Numbered from the stretch's first letter, positions 10,199 through 20,170 are shown. The stretch is 64,000 bases of DNA from an uncultured virus (IMG/VR IMGVR_UViG_3300006737_000028) (IMGVR_UViG_3300006737_000028), one strand, 5' to 3'. Translations and numbers: made by a program. Notes: generated from the letters alone by a model not told the origin.

Positions 10199-12054
10199 TA
10201 CTTGCTTCCTTTCTTGAGCATGGTAATTCTTCTCTTGACTGATGCTGAAGCGAGTTGCTTTTCGACATCTTCTAGTGCAGAGACAAAGAGGCGTAGAATA
10301 CCCCTGTCATTTAGAATCTCATAGTAAAGTTTATCTGTGTTTCTATCTGTCATCTTCGATAGTTCTTGAAGACGCTTTGAAATCTCTTTGCGGAGGAAGT
10401 TGACAGACATGGAACCATACCCACTAACGACTACGTTAGGGTTGTCGGGATCACCGAGGTTATCCAACTGTAGATTGCCATTATCGTACCGAACCATCTC
10501 GTCAAGTGTGACTTGCTTGATCTTACTTTCGAGTGAATGAAATGATTCCTTCGCGTAAGGTGGATACACATCCAACTCGCCCTTTGCAAGTGCTTTCGCT
10601 GCATCAAGGTGTTCTCCCTTGTCAGCATCGATGACAGGCATACGATTGCGAGGAGGTGCGCCTGCGGGTGGGGTTGCTGACTGGATTGCCATGAGGCGTT
10701 CTCCGAGAACCTTCTCACCACCGATGCTTTCCAACCACTCGACCGCTGTATCCTTGTCGTAGAACTTGGGGTTCATGTACTTACCGTGATAGATCGCGTC
10801 GAGAGCATCCTTCAACTTCGCTTGGTAAATGTTGAGATCACCACCGCCTGGGTTGCCTCGTCTTGCGTTACCGTACGCATCACCCATTGCACGAAGAACG
10901 GGGATTAGGTCTTTGATTGGAAGGTCAACTTCAACACCACCGACACGGGCCTTTGGATCATTGAAAGATGTTGCCGCCCATCTGTGGTGACCGTCTAGAA
11001 TACGATTGTCATTCGAGACGATAGAACCAAGATTACCACCCTTGACACCGCCGATGGCCATACCGAGTGACTTACCAAGGTAGATCGCGTCCTGTGAGGG
11101 AAGCAACTTGGAAGCAGGCCATTGAGTCTCGCGTGTGCGAATCACATCGTCCTTTGCATCTCCATCTCGCTTACCCTTGCCCTTGAAGATCTGTGCGAGG
11201 GACCGTGGTAGTGGATCAGGGAACTTATCGAGATCGATGTCTTCTGTGTAGTAATTGTCGGAGACATCACCTTCCATGTCTCTGTACACTTCTTCTTCAT
11301 CCTCATCGGGATCGAAGTGGTCATCAGATTCCCAGAACTCATTGACAAGTTCCTCATCGTCTTCTAGTTCGTATGCCTCTTCGCTCATCGAGTTACGAGT
11401 GTAGATGATACCCCGGATAAGTTGACCCGATGCAGTACCAGACACTTCACCATCGTTGTTGAGCGATACTCCAAATTTCTTTGCAACTTTATCGATTACT
11501 CGAACGACTGAACCTTGATCCATGTCTGAGATATCGAATTGAACCGCTGTGATACCGTTCTTCACATCATCCAACAATGGGGAGTCATTGAGGATACCGA
11601 CTGTGCGTCGAAGATCCATAAGGAACTTTGTTGCGTTGGGCATCTCCTCGTATGTTTCCATGTCAAGGAACACAATGAGACTCTGAGAGTGGTTGCCGAA
11701 GTAGGTCGGATCATAGTAGCGAGAAGCACCTTCGGTCATCACGCTGTTTACCGCTTCATTGATTGCATGAACCCAAGACTCACCCATGTTCAATGCTTTA
11801 CGCTTTCGGATTGACTTCTTACGCTTTCGTAGGATCCCTGCCATTCTACCGCGTCTCTTTCTTGCTGCCTTCTTGGCACCCTTTGCTCGCTTACGCTTTT
11901 CGGATGCAGACATGCGTACCTGTTTGCCGCCGGCCATACGATAACCCAACTTGGTGGTTACCTTCTTGCGGATCTTCTTGCCACCACGAACAACGACCTT
12001 TCGCTTGATCGCTTCTTCAAAATCACCTTCGTTGATGTTATCTTCTTCGCTCAT
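10198..12054 (-). CDS. Prohead-core (gp68-like) basic N-terminus fused to a ParB/Srx-like domain
   Basis: KRKVVVRGGKKIRKK...RMSASEKRKR N-terminus; LLPSQ...IVSNDNRILDGHHRWAA ParB-like motif. Confidence 0.6.
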   Translation of the reverse strand: MSEEDNINEGDFEEAIKRKVVVRGGKKIRKKVTTKLGYRMAGGKQVRMSASEKRKRAKGAKKAARKRRGRMAGILRKRKKSIRKRKALNMGESWVHAINEAVNSVMTEGASRYYDPTYFGNHSQSLIVFLDMETYEEMPNATKFLMDLRRTVGILNDSPLLDDVKNGITAVQFDISDMDQGSVVRVIDKVAKKFGVSLNNDGEVSGTASGQLIRGIIYTRNSMSEEAYELEDDEELVNEFWESDDHFDPDEDEEEVYRDMEGDVSDNYYTEDIDLDKFPDPLPRSLAQIFKGKGKRDGDAKDDVIRTRETQWPASKLLPSQDAIYLGKSLGMAIGGVKGGNLGSIVSNDNRILDGHHRWAATSFNDPKARVGGVEVDLPIKDLIPVLRAMGDAYGNARRGNPGGGDLNIYQAKLKDALDAIYHGKYMNPKFYDKDTAVEWLESIGGEKVLGERLMAIQSATPPAGAPPRNRMPVIDADKGEHLDAAKALAKGELDVYPPYAKESFHSLESKIKQVTLDEMVRYDNGNLQLDNLGDPDNPNVVVSGYGSMSVNFLRKEISKRLQELSKMTDRNTDKLYYEILNDRGILRLFVSALEDVEKQLASASVKRRITMLKKGSK

Positions 12055-12089
12055 TCTATCTCCAGAGGAATGCTCTTTTATGTAGTGGT

Positions 12090-12788
12090 TTACTTCTTCA
12101 GGAACTCAGCCGGACCCTTACGCTGGGTGTCTGTTGGGTCAAATGTGTATGGACTTGATGGTAGTGAAGACTTGGGAATCTTGATCGCCCATGTGGTATC
12201 GAATTTACCACCACCGTATCCCTTGTTACTTCGGAATCTAATTTCAGGGGCACATGCAAAGTATGGTAGAGGCAGGCGTGCAGGGTTCTTACCGAGGTGG
12301 AATGCACCATGTCCATCGACTTGAATGTAATACACGCCTTTGTCTGCGTAATACTTGGCAATGATGTCTGGATCGATGTCTGTGAGGTAGAGATCGCCAC
12401 CCGTCCGTGCCTGCTTCACACGCATGTCTGAAGTCACCTGTGCCTCTGTCTTCTTACCTAGTGAGATCGGACCCCAGTGATTCATGAGATCATCGTCGTA
12501 TGTGAGTGTCTGAAGGTAGTCGGTAATCGTCTTACTGTTCTTGGTGTCTGCGTACCACTTCTTACCTCTCCAGTGGACTTTACCCTGTGCGAAGTCTTTA
12601 CCGACCTTACCGATCTCTAGATTGTGTTCCTTACCCTTGTGAGTAAAAACAACATCCGCTCGGTTCGTTGAACCTGCGGTCTTGGTAGTGTTTGCAAAGC
12701 CCATTTTGTAGAGACCCTTTTGGATCAACGCCTCATAGTCAAACGCTGCCTTCGCAAATCCCTCGAATAGTTTCTCATATGATCTCAT
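12090..12788 (-). CDS. Putative PD-(D/E)XK-fold nuclease-like protein
   Basis: YE...ADVVF...NLEIGK pattern; N-terminus MRSYEKLFE. Confidence 0.45.
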   Translation of the reverse strand: MRSYEKLFEGFAKAAFDYEALIQKGLYKMGFANTTKTAGSTNRADVVFTHKGKEHNLEIGKVGKDFAQGKVHWRGKKWYADTKNSKTITDYLQTLTYDDDLMNHWGPISLGKKTEAQVTSDMRVKQARTGGDLYLTDIDPDIIAKYYADKGVYYIQVDGHGAFHLGKNPARLPLPYFACAPEIRFRSNKGYGGGKFDTTWAIKIPKSSLPSSPYTFDPTDTQRKGPAEFLKK

Positions 12789-12790
12789 CT

Positions 12791-14620
12791 TTACCCCAGT
12801 GTAAACTTCTTGTTGACGCTAACACTGTAGTTAGCAGAAGAGAGAAATGGCTTACCGACTAGAATCGGGTACACATTGAGTTTTCGATCTGCAAGGGCAA
12901 AGTAAACGTCTGTGTACTCTTTTCGTCCTAGAGTCATATCAAGTTGAACTACTGGACGATTCTCGAACTCACCACCGCCTAGGTGAATACGCTTGGTCTC
13001 TTTCACGGGTAGAGTCATTCGCTTCTTACCCATGAGTAGGAACGATACCTTATCGCCCTTGACCTCGATGTCCTCTGCATGTACTGCATTGTAACTACCG
13101 TTGCCGGTGTCCAGTTTGGCCTTGACCTCAAGTCCTCCGATGGATGCCTTTTCAATGTACCCCACGGTCTGCTCGCTGGATCGGTTCGCATCCTGCTGTG
13201 TCATGAGTGATACGACATGAGACATCATCCGATCACCGTTGACTGTCTTCTTCTCACCGAAGTACGCACGATACTTGTCTGCGCCACTGCCTGGTGATCC
13301 ATTCACCTCAAGGACATAGTGCTTACCACCCACGGTGATATGATCCACACCCACGACACGCCCGCCAGACAACGCTGCAACACGACGAGCCAAATCCTTT
13401 TCCTCTTCAGACAAGTCGTATGGTTCGGTGTCGTTACCGAGTGCCTTGTTGGTACGGAAGTCCTTCTTGCCCTTGAGACGCTTCATGCAGGCGACGATCT
13501 TACCATCAGCGACAATGGTACGAACATCGTACTTGATCTTCATGAACTCCTGTAGGATGACTTCAGCATCGTACTTCCAGAGAGACTGTAGAACGGACTT
13601 GAGAGACTGCTCAGAGTCCACCACAGCAACGCCAATACCTTCTGACCCTGTGATAGTCTTCACGACCACAGGGAACTGTCCACCAATCTTCTTCAATGCA
13701 ATCCCGATAGAATCCTCATTGGAGACGAATGCCGTCTTGGGAGTAGAAACCCCGTGACGATCAAGGGTCAACGCCGACGCCATCTTGTTCTGACATAGTT
13801 GCATCGTCTGAATACCATTCACCATCGACGCACCTGCCTGTTCCAACACCTGCATGATTCCAAGTCCTGCATTGTTGAGAATGGCACTACCACGAACAAA
13901 GACCACGGTATTGTCTGTCTGTACCGTGATCTTATTACCTTCGCCGTCGTAGTTGTGAATGGTGATGCTGTTGTCCGTTGCATCCTCGTCTGCAATGTAT
14001 GCCTTGTTGACGAGTACGGGAAACGCAGAGAGACCCAACTCAGTGGATACCTTGAGAAGACGCTCTGCTGTGCCTGTGACCTTCGAGTCCTCTTGTCCAG
14101 TCAAGACCAACACGGTAGGTTTGCGTAGACGCCCTTCAGTCGCTTCACGAACGGGAACTCGCTTACGCTTTGCCTTATACCATGCAGCAATCAACTCACG
14201 AGTATTCGCTGCACCACGAGTCTTCAACTTGAGACTACCATCCTTGATACCCTGAAGTGCTGCCTGAGCGAACTCGAATGGATCATCATGCTTACGAATC
14301 AACAACGCAAGACTCTCATCAAGGGTATCATCCTCCATGAGCGTACGCATGAAGTCAATCACATCAATGACCTTGAGAACGTTATCCGCATCTGCCTTTG
14401 CAAGAACTCGTGCTACGCCGGGAACACGCAACAACTTATTTGCAAGTGCTGTTGAATCGACATTCACCATACGATTGAGCAACCTTACCACAAGAGGCAT
14501 GTTCATCAATGCCGTTGCGAGAGTAGCAAGACCTACTGCCTCATCAATCTTTCGACGAGAGAAGAGCATATCCGACTGTGGTTTTTTCTTTTGAAGGTAC
14601 GACTTCTTGCCCATAACCAT
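12791..14620 (-). CDS. rimK: RimK-family ATP-grasp ligase fused to a C-terminal retropepsin-like (RimB-type) protease
   Basis: NK...FPVVVKTITGSEGIGV, QEFM..YDVR, FRTN, GVD, VLEVNGSPG; then AKLDTGN..AVHAEDI...RPVV...LADR...ILVG. Confidence 0.85.
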   Translation of the reverse strand: MVMGKKSYLQKKKPQSDMLFSRRKIDEAVGLATLATALMNMPLVVRLLNRMVNVDSTALANKLLRVPGVARVLAKADADNVLKVIDVIDFMRTLMEDDTLDESLALLIRKHDDPFEFAQAALQGIKDGSLKLKTRGAANTRELIAAWYKAKRKRVPVREATEGRLRKPTVLVLTGQEDSKVTGTAERLLKVSTELGLSAFPVLVNKAYIADEDATDNSITIHNYDGEGNKITVQTDNTVVFVRGSAILNNAGLGIMQVLEQAGASMVNGIQTMQLCQNKMASALTLDRHGVSTPKTAFVSNEDSIGIALKKIGGQFPVVVKTITGSEGIGVAVVDSEQSLKSVLQSLWKYDAEVILQEFMKIKYDVRTIVADGKIVACMKRLKGKKDFRTNKALGNDTEPYDLSEEEKDLARRVAALSGGRVVGVDHITVGGKHYVLEVNGSPGSGADKYRAYFGEKKTVNGDRMMSHVVSLMTQQDANRSSEQTVGYIEKASIGGLEVKAKLDTGNGSYNAVHAEDIEVKGDKVSFLLMGKKRMTLPVKETKRIHLGGGEFENRPVVQLDMTLGRKEYTDVYFALADRKLNVYPILVGKPFLSSANYSVSVNKKFTLG

Positions 14621-14910
14621 TATCCTCTAGTGATATTCAATAGACGTTCAATTGCAAGGTTACACTGAGAGACACGATCATGACCTTTCCAAAGAATGTA
14701 ATCACGCTCAGGATCCTTTTTCAAGTTGACTAGAAGAGGAAGAACGATCTTCTCAATGGAATCCATTGCGTCAGTATTAGATTGCACAAGAGAGGACTCC
14801 TGTGCTACCTCATCGGTATCAGCAAAGGAGAAACCAAAGTCAAAGACATCGTTATCCCCCGAGATCATGTTCTCGATTTCTGCTTCGATTGCTTCTCTAT
14901 CGAATGACAT
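14620..14910 (-). CDS. Hypothetical protein of T4-like phage type
   Basis: FDFGFSF...LPLLVNLKKDPERDYILW; stop codon abuts the rimK start. Confidence 0.7.
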   Translation of the reverse strand: MSFDREAIEAEIENMISGDNDVFDFGFSFADTDEVAQESSLVQSNTDAMDSIEKIVLPLLVNLKKDPERDYILWKGHDRVSQCNLAIERLLNITRG

Positions 14911-14985
14911 TTGAGTACTCCTGCGGGTCGTATTTGCCCAAAAAGTGTTTTGTTAGTCTAATAAAAAGGGCCATCGCGGTCGGCA

Positions 14986-15276
14986 TCAGTTGCAGTACCT
15001 TGATTTGATGCGGTCCCCATCAGGTGTGCCCTTGATACCGGGACGCTCCGCCATGGCCGACATGGCCTCTTTGAACCCACCCATGTTGTGCTTGCTGTCT
15101 ACCCGGTACTTGGTGTCGAGCATCTGTGCCGGTGCCCCCAAGTATTCCTTCACGACACTCCCAACGAGGCCGCACTCAGGACATGGGTCACTCAGAGGTA
15201 GGTCACGATTCGCGATGGTCTTCATCTCACTGAACTGGTGTTCGCACTTCTCACATTTGAAGTCGTAAATAGGCAT
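14986..15276 (-). CDS. FmdB-family zinc-ribbon protein
   Basis: MPIYDFKCEKCEHQF...CPECG; GGAGG RBS before the ATG at 15276. Confidence 0.85.
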   Translation of the reverse strand: MPIYDFKCEKCEHQFSEMKTIANRDLPLSDPCPECGLVGSVVKEYLGAPAQMLDTKYRVDSKHNMGGFKEAMSAMAERPGIKGTPDGDRIKSRYCN

Positions 15277-15434
15277 AGTAAATCCTCCATGCCTTATGTA
15301 GGTCACGGGAATCCCTCCAAGGGTCCAGAAAGTCCCAACCCCTCTGGCCGCCTGCCACGGGGGTATACCCCTCTGGCTGCTCGCCAGGGGGGATAAAAAA
15401 AGTTGAGAAAATCCCCATTTTTTACCCGTACGGG

Positions 15435-15462
15435 TTGCATGGGTGGCCAGTTGTGGTACACT
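15435..15462 (+). promoter_or_regulatory. Early promoter overlapped by an inverted repeat
   Basis: TTGCAT-16-TACACT with extended -10 TG and upstream A-tracts; GGCCAGT/ACTGGCC arms. Confidence 0.7.
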
Positions 15463-15523
15463 GGCCTATGTGGAGATCCCACACACAGACCACCCTCGAC
15501 CCTAACAGGAACCTAACACGACC

Positions 15524-17752
15524 ATGACCACTACCCTCCCCGCCAACGGATTCGCGAAACTCCTCGCCACCGAAAACATCTCCGTGATGTACGATGGTTC
15601 TGCCACCACCGCTACGTTCGACACCGAATCCCGTGTCCTGCGTATGCCTATGTGGAAGGACATGAGTCGCCGTCTCAACGATATGCTGATCGGTCACGAA
15701 GTTGGCCACGCACTGTTCACCAAGATGTCCGCTGACGATATCGTCACGTTCCTCAAGAGCGTCGATTCCCAGCATATGGATCGCGTCATGCAGTATCTCA
15801 ACGTGGTTGAGGACGCCCGCATTGACCGCCTGATCCAGCGAAAGTTCCCCGGACTCCGCAAGGACTACCGGGCTGGTTACCCCGAAATGATGGAGCGGGG
15901 TTTCTTCGGTCCTATGGATGCGGATCTCGATTCGTACTCACTGGTTGACCGAATCAACCTCAACTACAAGACTGACATGACTGTCCCGTTCGATGTTGTC
16001 GAACAGGAGTTCATTGCTCGTATCGATGACGTTGAAGATCTCGACGAAGTTCTTGAGATCGTTCGCGATGTCTACGAGTATGCACAAGTTCACGATTCCG
16101 AAACCGTTACTCCCGACTGGGATATGGATAATGGAATGCCCGGTGATGAAGAGGGTGAAGATCAGCAAGAGTCCGGCCAGGATGATACTGGTGGCGCTGA
16201 GGGTGCTGACTCCTCTTCGGATGAGGGTGATGATGATAACGCCGGTTCCGGCGAGGGTTCGGACTCTGAGGAGTCCGATGGTCAAGAAGAGGGTGGTTCC
16301 TCTTCTAACAATGCTGGCGACTCGGCTGAGGATGATAGTTCCGAAGCCAAGGGTGAAGGTACTATGGAATCCGCTGCTGATGCAGAGGATGACGGTTCCT
16401 CAGCCGAGTCGGAGCAGGTATCGGTCCAGAGCAATGGTGCTGGTAACGACGAAGCCCCTCGCGAATCGCAGACGCAGAAGGCCATGCAGGATGCCCTGAG
16501 CAACCTCACCGATAATAGTTACTGGAGTGGCCACTCTGGTCAGACTCTTCCCAAGACGATGGATCTCGATAGCATCATCGTTCCGTTCAGTGAAGCGAAG
16601 AAGGATTGGGATGGTTATACTCTTCCCACCGAATCGACCTACGTCAAGGGCCTTCGTGGTTCGGTGACTCAACTGGTCCAGATGTTCGAACGCAAGAAGC
16701 GTGGTGCGATCTTCTCCAAGCAGCAGGTTGCCAAGACTGGTACAATTGACTGCACCAAGTTGCACACCTACAAGTTCAACGACGATATCTTCAAGCGAAA
16801 CACCATCGTTCCTAACGGTAAGAACCACGGCATTCAGATGCTTATCGACTGGTCGGGTTCGATGTCTGGTAAGCCTCTCAGTGGATGCGTCAGCCAGGTT
16901 ATGCTGCTTTCCGCTTTCTGTAAGAAGGCTGGTATTCCTTTCGACTGCTACGCATTCACCAACAACTGTGAGACGGATCGTCAGACAGGCGAGTACACCG
17001 AGTCCCGCAAGGTTGTTGGTGAGATGTTCAACAACGGTGACAAGGAAGAGATCAGCGGATTCCGTTTGATTCAGATCACCTCATCGACTCTCAACAAGGC
17101 AGACTTCGATCTCTCGATGCGTATCCTTGACATGTACCGCGAACACGGTGGTAACAACTACGGTGTGCCGCACCGATGGAGTCTCTCCGGTACTCCTCTC
17201 CACGAAGCCCTTATGGCGATGCGGTATCGCATTCCCGAGTTCCGTGCCCAGTACAATCTCGATGTGGTCACCATGTGTGTCCTCACCGATGGACAGGGAT
17301 ACTCGTCGTTCCGTCCGGGTAGCCAGCAGACCAAGGTCTTCGACCCGATCACTCGACGTACGTTGATGTACGACAAGAGGATCTCTGCGGAGGATTGTCT
17401 CGTCGATGCTGTTCGTCAACTCACGGGCTGCAACACGATGGGATTCTTCGCTACTGATACTGACAGCACTGCGGTCCACATGGCTGCTCGTAAGAATCCC
17501 ACCAACTTCGACACTGGTGAGTTCAAGAAGATCTGGCGTACCGAGCGGGCGTACGAAGTCCCGCAGGACGGTCACGATCTCTACTTCCTGCTCAAGCCTG
17601 AAAAGGTTGAGGTTGGTAACGGTCTCGAAGATGCCGTCGCTGGCGATCTCCGTTCGGTTCGTGCCCAGTTCAAGAAGGCTGCGAAGAACGCTACTGCATC
17701 GCGTACCCTTCTGAATCGAATCACTGATGTCCTTGCGGAGAACCTTGTCTGA
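15524..17752 (+). CDS. HExxH peptidase-like domain, acidic linker and vWA domain (CobT-like MoxR partner)
   Basis: HEVGH, NVVEDARI, D/E/S/G-rich linker, MIDAS DWSGS, GTPL, LTDG. Confidence 0.85.
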   Translation: MTTTLPANGFAKLLATENISVMYDGSATTATFDTESRVLRMPMWKDMSRRLNDMLIGHEVGHALFTKMSADDIVTFLKSVDSQHMDRVMQYLNVVEDARIDRLIQRKFPGLRKDYRAGYPEMMERGFFGPMDADLDSYSLVDRINLNYKTDMTVPFDVVEQEFIARIDDVEDLDEVLEIVRDVYEYAQVHDSETVTPDWDMDNGMPGDEEGEDQQESGQDDTGGAEGADSSSDEGDDDNAGSGEGSDSEESDGQEEGGSSSNNAGDSAEDDSSEAKGEGTMESAADAEDDGSSAESEQVSVQSNGAGNDEAPRESQTQKAMQDALSNLTDNSYWSGHSGQTLPKTMDLDSIIVPFSEAKKDWDGYTLPTESTYVKGLRGSVTQLVQMFERKKRGAIFSKQQVAKTGTIDCTKLHTYKFNDDIFKRNTIVPNGKNHGIQMLIDWSGSMSGKPLSGCVSQVMLLSAFCKKAGIPFDCYAFTNNCETDRQTGEYTESRKVVGEMFNNGDKEEISGFRLIQITSSTLNKADFDLSMRILDMYREHGGNNYGVPHRWSLSGTPLHEALMAMRYRIPEFRAQYNLDVVTMCVLTDGQGYSSFRPGSQQTKVFDPITRRTLMYDKRISAEDCLVDAVRQLTGCNTMGFFATDTDSTAVHMAARKNPTNFDTGEFKKIWRTERAYEVPQDGHDLYFLLKPEKVEVGNGLEDAVAGDLRSVRAQFKKAAKNATASRTLLNRITDVLAENLV

Positions 17753-18228
17753 TGAATACTGTTGACCAAAATCGAAAAGACTTCCTCGCTTTCATTCGAA
17801 AGCAACTCACCAAGTGTGGAGTCAAGTTGAACCTTCGTGCATCCAAGAAGCACCTCGATGGTGACTACGGTATGTTCTGTGAACCAGACATCGGTGGAGA
17901 ACTGTGTGTCGCAGCCGGGATGTCCAAGGACAAGTTCTTCCACACTCTCGCCCATGAGTACGTTCACTTCCTGCAATGGTTCTCTGACGATCCTCTCTAT
18001 CGTGCTTCCCGTGATGATGCTAGGGACTACTATGCCCTTGAGAAAGTCACTGAGGAATCTGCAATCGAGATCCTAGACCAGTGGGGACTGATCCCCGATT
18101 CGGGATGGGATCGAGTCAAGGAATCCAGCGAGAAGTACGTTTGTTCGGTGTTTGTTAGGGGTCCGAGCGTCCGCGTGAGTCGTAAACCCTTGTCCGATAA
18201 GGAGATAAAAAAGTTGAAAAAAAGGTAA
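17752..18228 (+). CDS. HExxH zinc metallopeptidase-like protein
   Basis: HTLAHEYVHFLQW...ALEKVTE. Confidence 0.6.
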   Translation: MNTVDQNRKDFLAFIRKQLTKCGVKLNLRASKKHLDGDYGMFCEPDIGGELCVAAGMSKDKFFHTLAHEYVHFLQWFSDDPLYRASRDDARDYYALEKVTEESAIEILDQWGLIPDSGWDRVKESSEKYVCSVFVRGPSVRVSRKPLSDKEIKKLKKR

Positions 18229-18256
18229 AAAAGACGACCCACATACCCCATTTCAC

Positions 18257-18278
18257 GGCCAGTTATGGTACACTGGCC
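18257..18278 (+). promoter_or_regulatory. Second copy of the early promoter module
   Basis: GGCCAGTTATGGTACACTGGCC, one mismatch to 15445-15466. Confidence 0.65.
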
Positions 18279-18332
18279 CATGTGGCCAGTCCACATTGAC
18301 CCTTTCCCTCTGACCCTAACAGGAACCTAACC

Positions 18333-19580
18333 ATGACCTACACTGCTTCGCAAACCGCTTTCGTCTCTGCTCTCCAGTCCGCTGCTGCTGCTGGTGAGAT
18401 CTCCGATCTCTGCAACGCTAACGAGTTGATCAAGGTTGCCAACTCCATTGGTAAAGCCTGTATCCCGTTGTGGGTGCGTCGAAACGAATCTCTCAAGGCC
18501 GGTCGCGGTCTGTGGAACATCAAGCCGCTTCTCGATGGTGATCAGAAGATCAATCCTCTTGACGTTCCGCAATCGTATGCCCCTGCTCCTGCTGCGACTC
18601 CCGCTCCTGCGGTGAAGTCCGCTCCCACCATCCCCACTGCACCGAGTGCCCCAGTGTCCACCGAGTTCACCAACACTACGCTGGTGCCTTCGAAGATGGA
18701 TACTTACGTCCCGTGGGGTCACCACACCGATATCGAAACCATTCTCAAGTCGGGCCACTTCGCTCCGATCTTCGTGACTGGTCTCTCCGGTAACGGTAAG
18801 ACCACCATGATTGAGCAGGCTTGCGCCCGCCTCAAGCGTGAGTTCTACCGCGTCAACATCACCGCCCAAACTGATGAGGATGATCTCCTCGGTGGTTTCC
18901 GTCTCATCGATGGTAACACCGTGTGGTGTGATGGTCCCGTGATCCGTGCGATGAAGGCTGGCGGTGTCCTGCTTCTCGACGAGATCGACCTTGGTGGTCA
19001 TCTCATGATGTGTCTCCAGCCCGTCCTTGAGGGCAAGGGTGTCTACGTCAAGAAGATCAACGAGTGGGTCCAGCCCGCCGCTGGTTTCACCATCCTCGCT
19101 ACTGCGAACACCAAGGGCCAGGGTGACGATACTGGTAAGTTCTCCGGTACGGGCATGATGAACGAAGCCATGCTCGACCGTTTCCACTTCACGATGGAGC
19201 AGCCGTATGCTACTGCTTCCACTGAGCGGAAGATCCTGCTCAAGAACATGTCGAAGTGGAACATGGATATTGCCAAGGACGGCGATAACTACCAGTTCGC
19301 CGACATGCTCACCAAGTGGGCTGATACCATCCGCCAGACTTTCTTGCAGGGTGGTTGCAGCGAGATCATCACCACTCGACGCTTGGAGCGTATCGTCGAG
19401 GCCTTCGCGATCTTCGGTGATCGTATGAAGGCAATCAAGATGTCAGTCGCCCGCTTCGATGAGGAAACTCAGAGCGACTTCACCCGTCTCTACGAGAAGA
19501 TCGATGTCAACGTGTCGATCCCTGAAGAGACTACCACCACCGGGCCCCTCAACGTGGAGAACAACGAATGCCCCTATTGA
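18333..19580 (+). CDS. MoxR/CobS-like AAA+ ATPase
   Basis: Walker A GLSGNGKT, Walker B LLLDEID, ATANTKG, AMLDRF, ITTRRL. Confidence 0.9.
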   Translation: MTYTASQTAFVSALQSAAAAGEISDLCNANELIKVANSIGKACIPLWVRRNESLKAGRGLWNIKPLLDGDQKINPLDVPQSYAPAPAATPAPAVKSAPTIPTAPSAPVSTEFTNTTLVPSKMDTYVPWGHHTDIETILKSGHFAPIFVTGLSGNGKTTMIEQACARLKREFYRVNITAQTDEDDLLGGFRLIDGNTVWCDGPVIRAMKAGGVLLLDEIDLGGHLMMCLQPVLEGKGVYVKKINEWVQPAAGFTILATANTKGQGDDTGKFSGTGMMNEAMLDRFHFTMEQPYATASTERKILLKNMSKWNMDIAKDGDNYQFADMLTKWADTIRQTFLQGGCSEIITTRRLERIVEAFAIFGDRMKAIKMSVARFDEETQSDFTRLYEKIDVNVSIPEETTTTGPLNVENNECPY

Positions 19581-19759
19581 TTGATGTAAAGCAGAACGTC
19601 CCCGAACTTCCCGACTTTGATCTGGAGTTCGTGGTAGAGCCCACTGAGGAAGAACTCAAGGAAGCGGATGAATGGCCGCCCTCACAAGATCTTCCCTACG
19701 AACCTGAAGACTCATTCGACCTCGACCCTTACGACCGCCCTTCCAACTGGAGCAACTGA
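19568..19759 (+). CDS. Small acidic hypothetical protein
   Basis: ORF overlapping the ATPase stop, upstream GGAG. Confidence 0.5.
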   Translation: MPLLIDVKQNVPELPDFDLEFVVEPTEEELKEADEWPPSQDLPYEPEDSFDLDPYDRPSNWSN

Positions 19760-19762
19760 CCT

Positions 19763-20170
19763 ATGAACGAAGCCCTCACCGCCGAAGTCATCCGCAACAA
19801 CATCAACGCTAAGGACAACCACTGGATCTACCGATCACTTCTCGTCCTGCGTAAGGCCCAGATCGAGGATGCCAAACTCTTTCGCAAGTCCCTCACTGAA
19901 TCAACTGGAGACCGTGTAGAGAACCGCAACTCCGCAGGGTACTGGTTGGAATGGATCACCGAGGGACACCTCAACCGTTCGTCCGACATCTTCGATGTCA
20001 CAAAGGCACAGGAAGATCGTGAGTTGGATCTCATGAAGAGGAACCTCTCGCGTGAGCATCTCGACAACGCGGTTGCCCTCTTGACGAATCCCTGTGTGTC
20101 TGACTGCATTGCGAACTATGTGAACATGGGCAAGTTCAAGACAACTCAAGATCTGGATACGGTTGCGTAA
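19763..20170 (+). CDS. Hypothetical protein
   Basis: Co-oriented ORF with GGAG RBS. Confidence 0.65.
   Translation: MNEALTAEVIRNNINAKDNHWIYRSLLVLRKAQIEDAKLFRKSLTESTGDRVENRNSAGYWLEWITEGHLNRSSDIFDVTKAQEDRELDLMKRNLSREHLDNAVALLTNPCVSDCIANYVNMGKFKTTQDLDTVA

Noticed and set aside
18327..19187. 286-aa minus-strand ORF (likewise 32982-33671, 42838-43437 and 27950-28579)
   Set aside because: Antisense shadows of well-supported genes, favoured by codon bias; no recognisable motifs.
15524..19580. cobS/cobT as cobalamin-synthesis auxiliary genes
   Set aside because: A MoxR AAA plus vWA pair is common in T4-like phages and more plausibly a chaperone system; no cobN is seen here.
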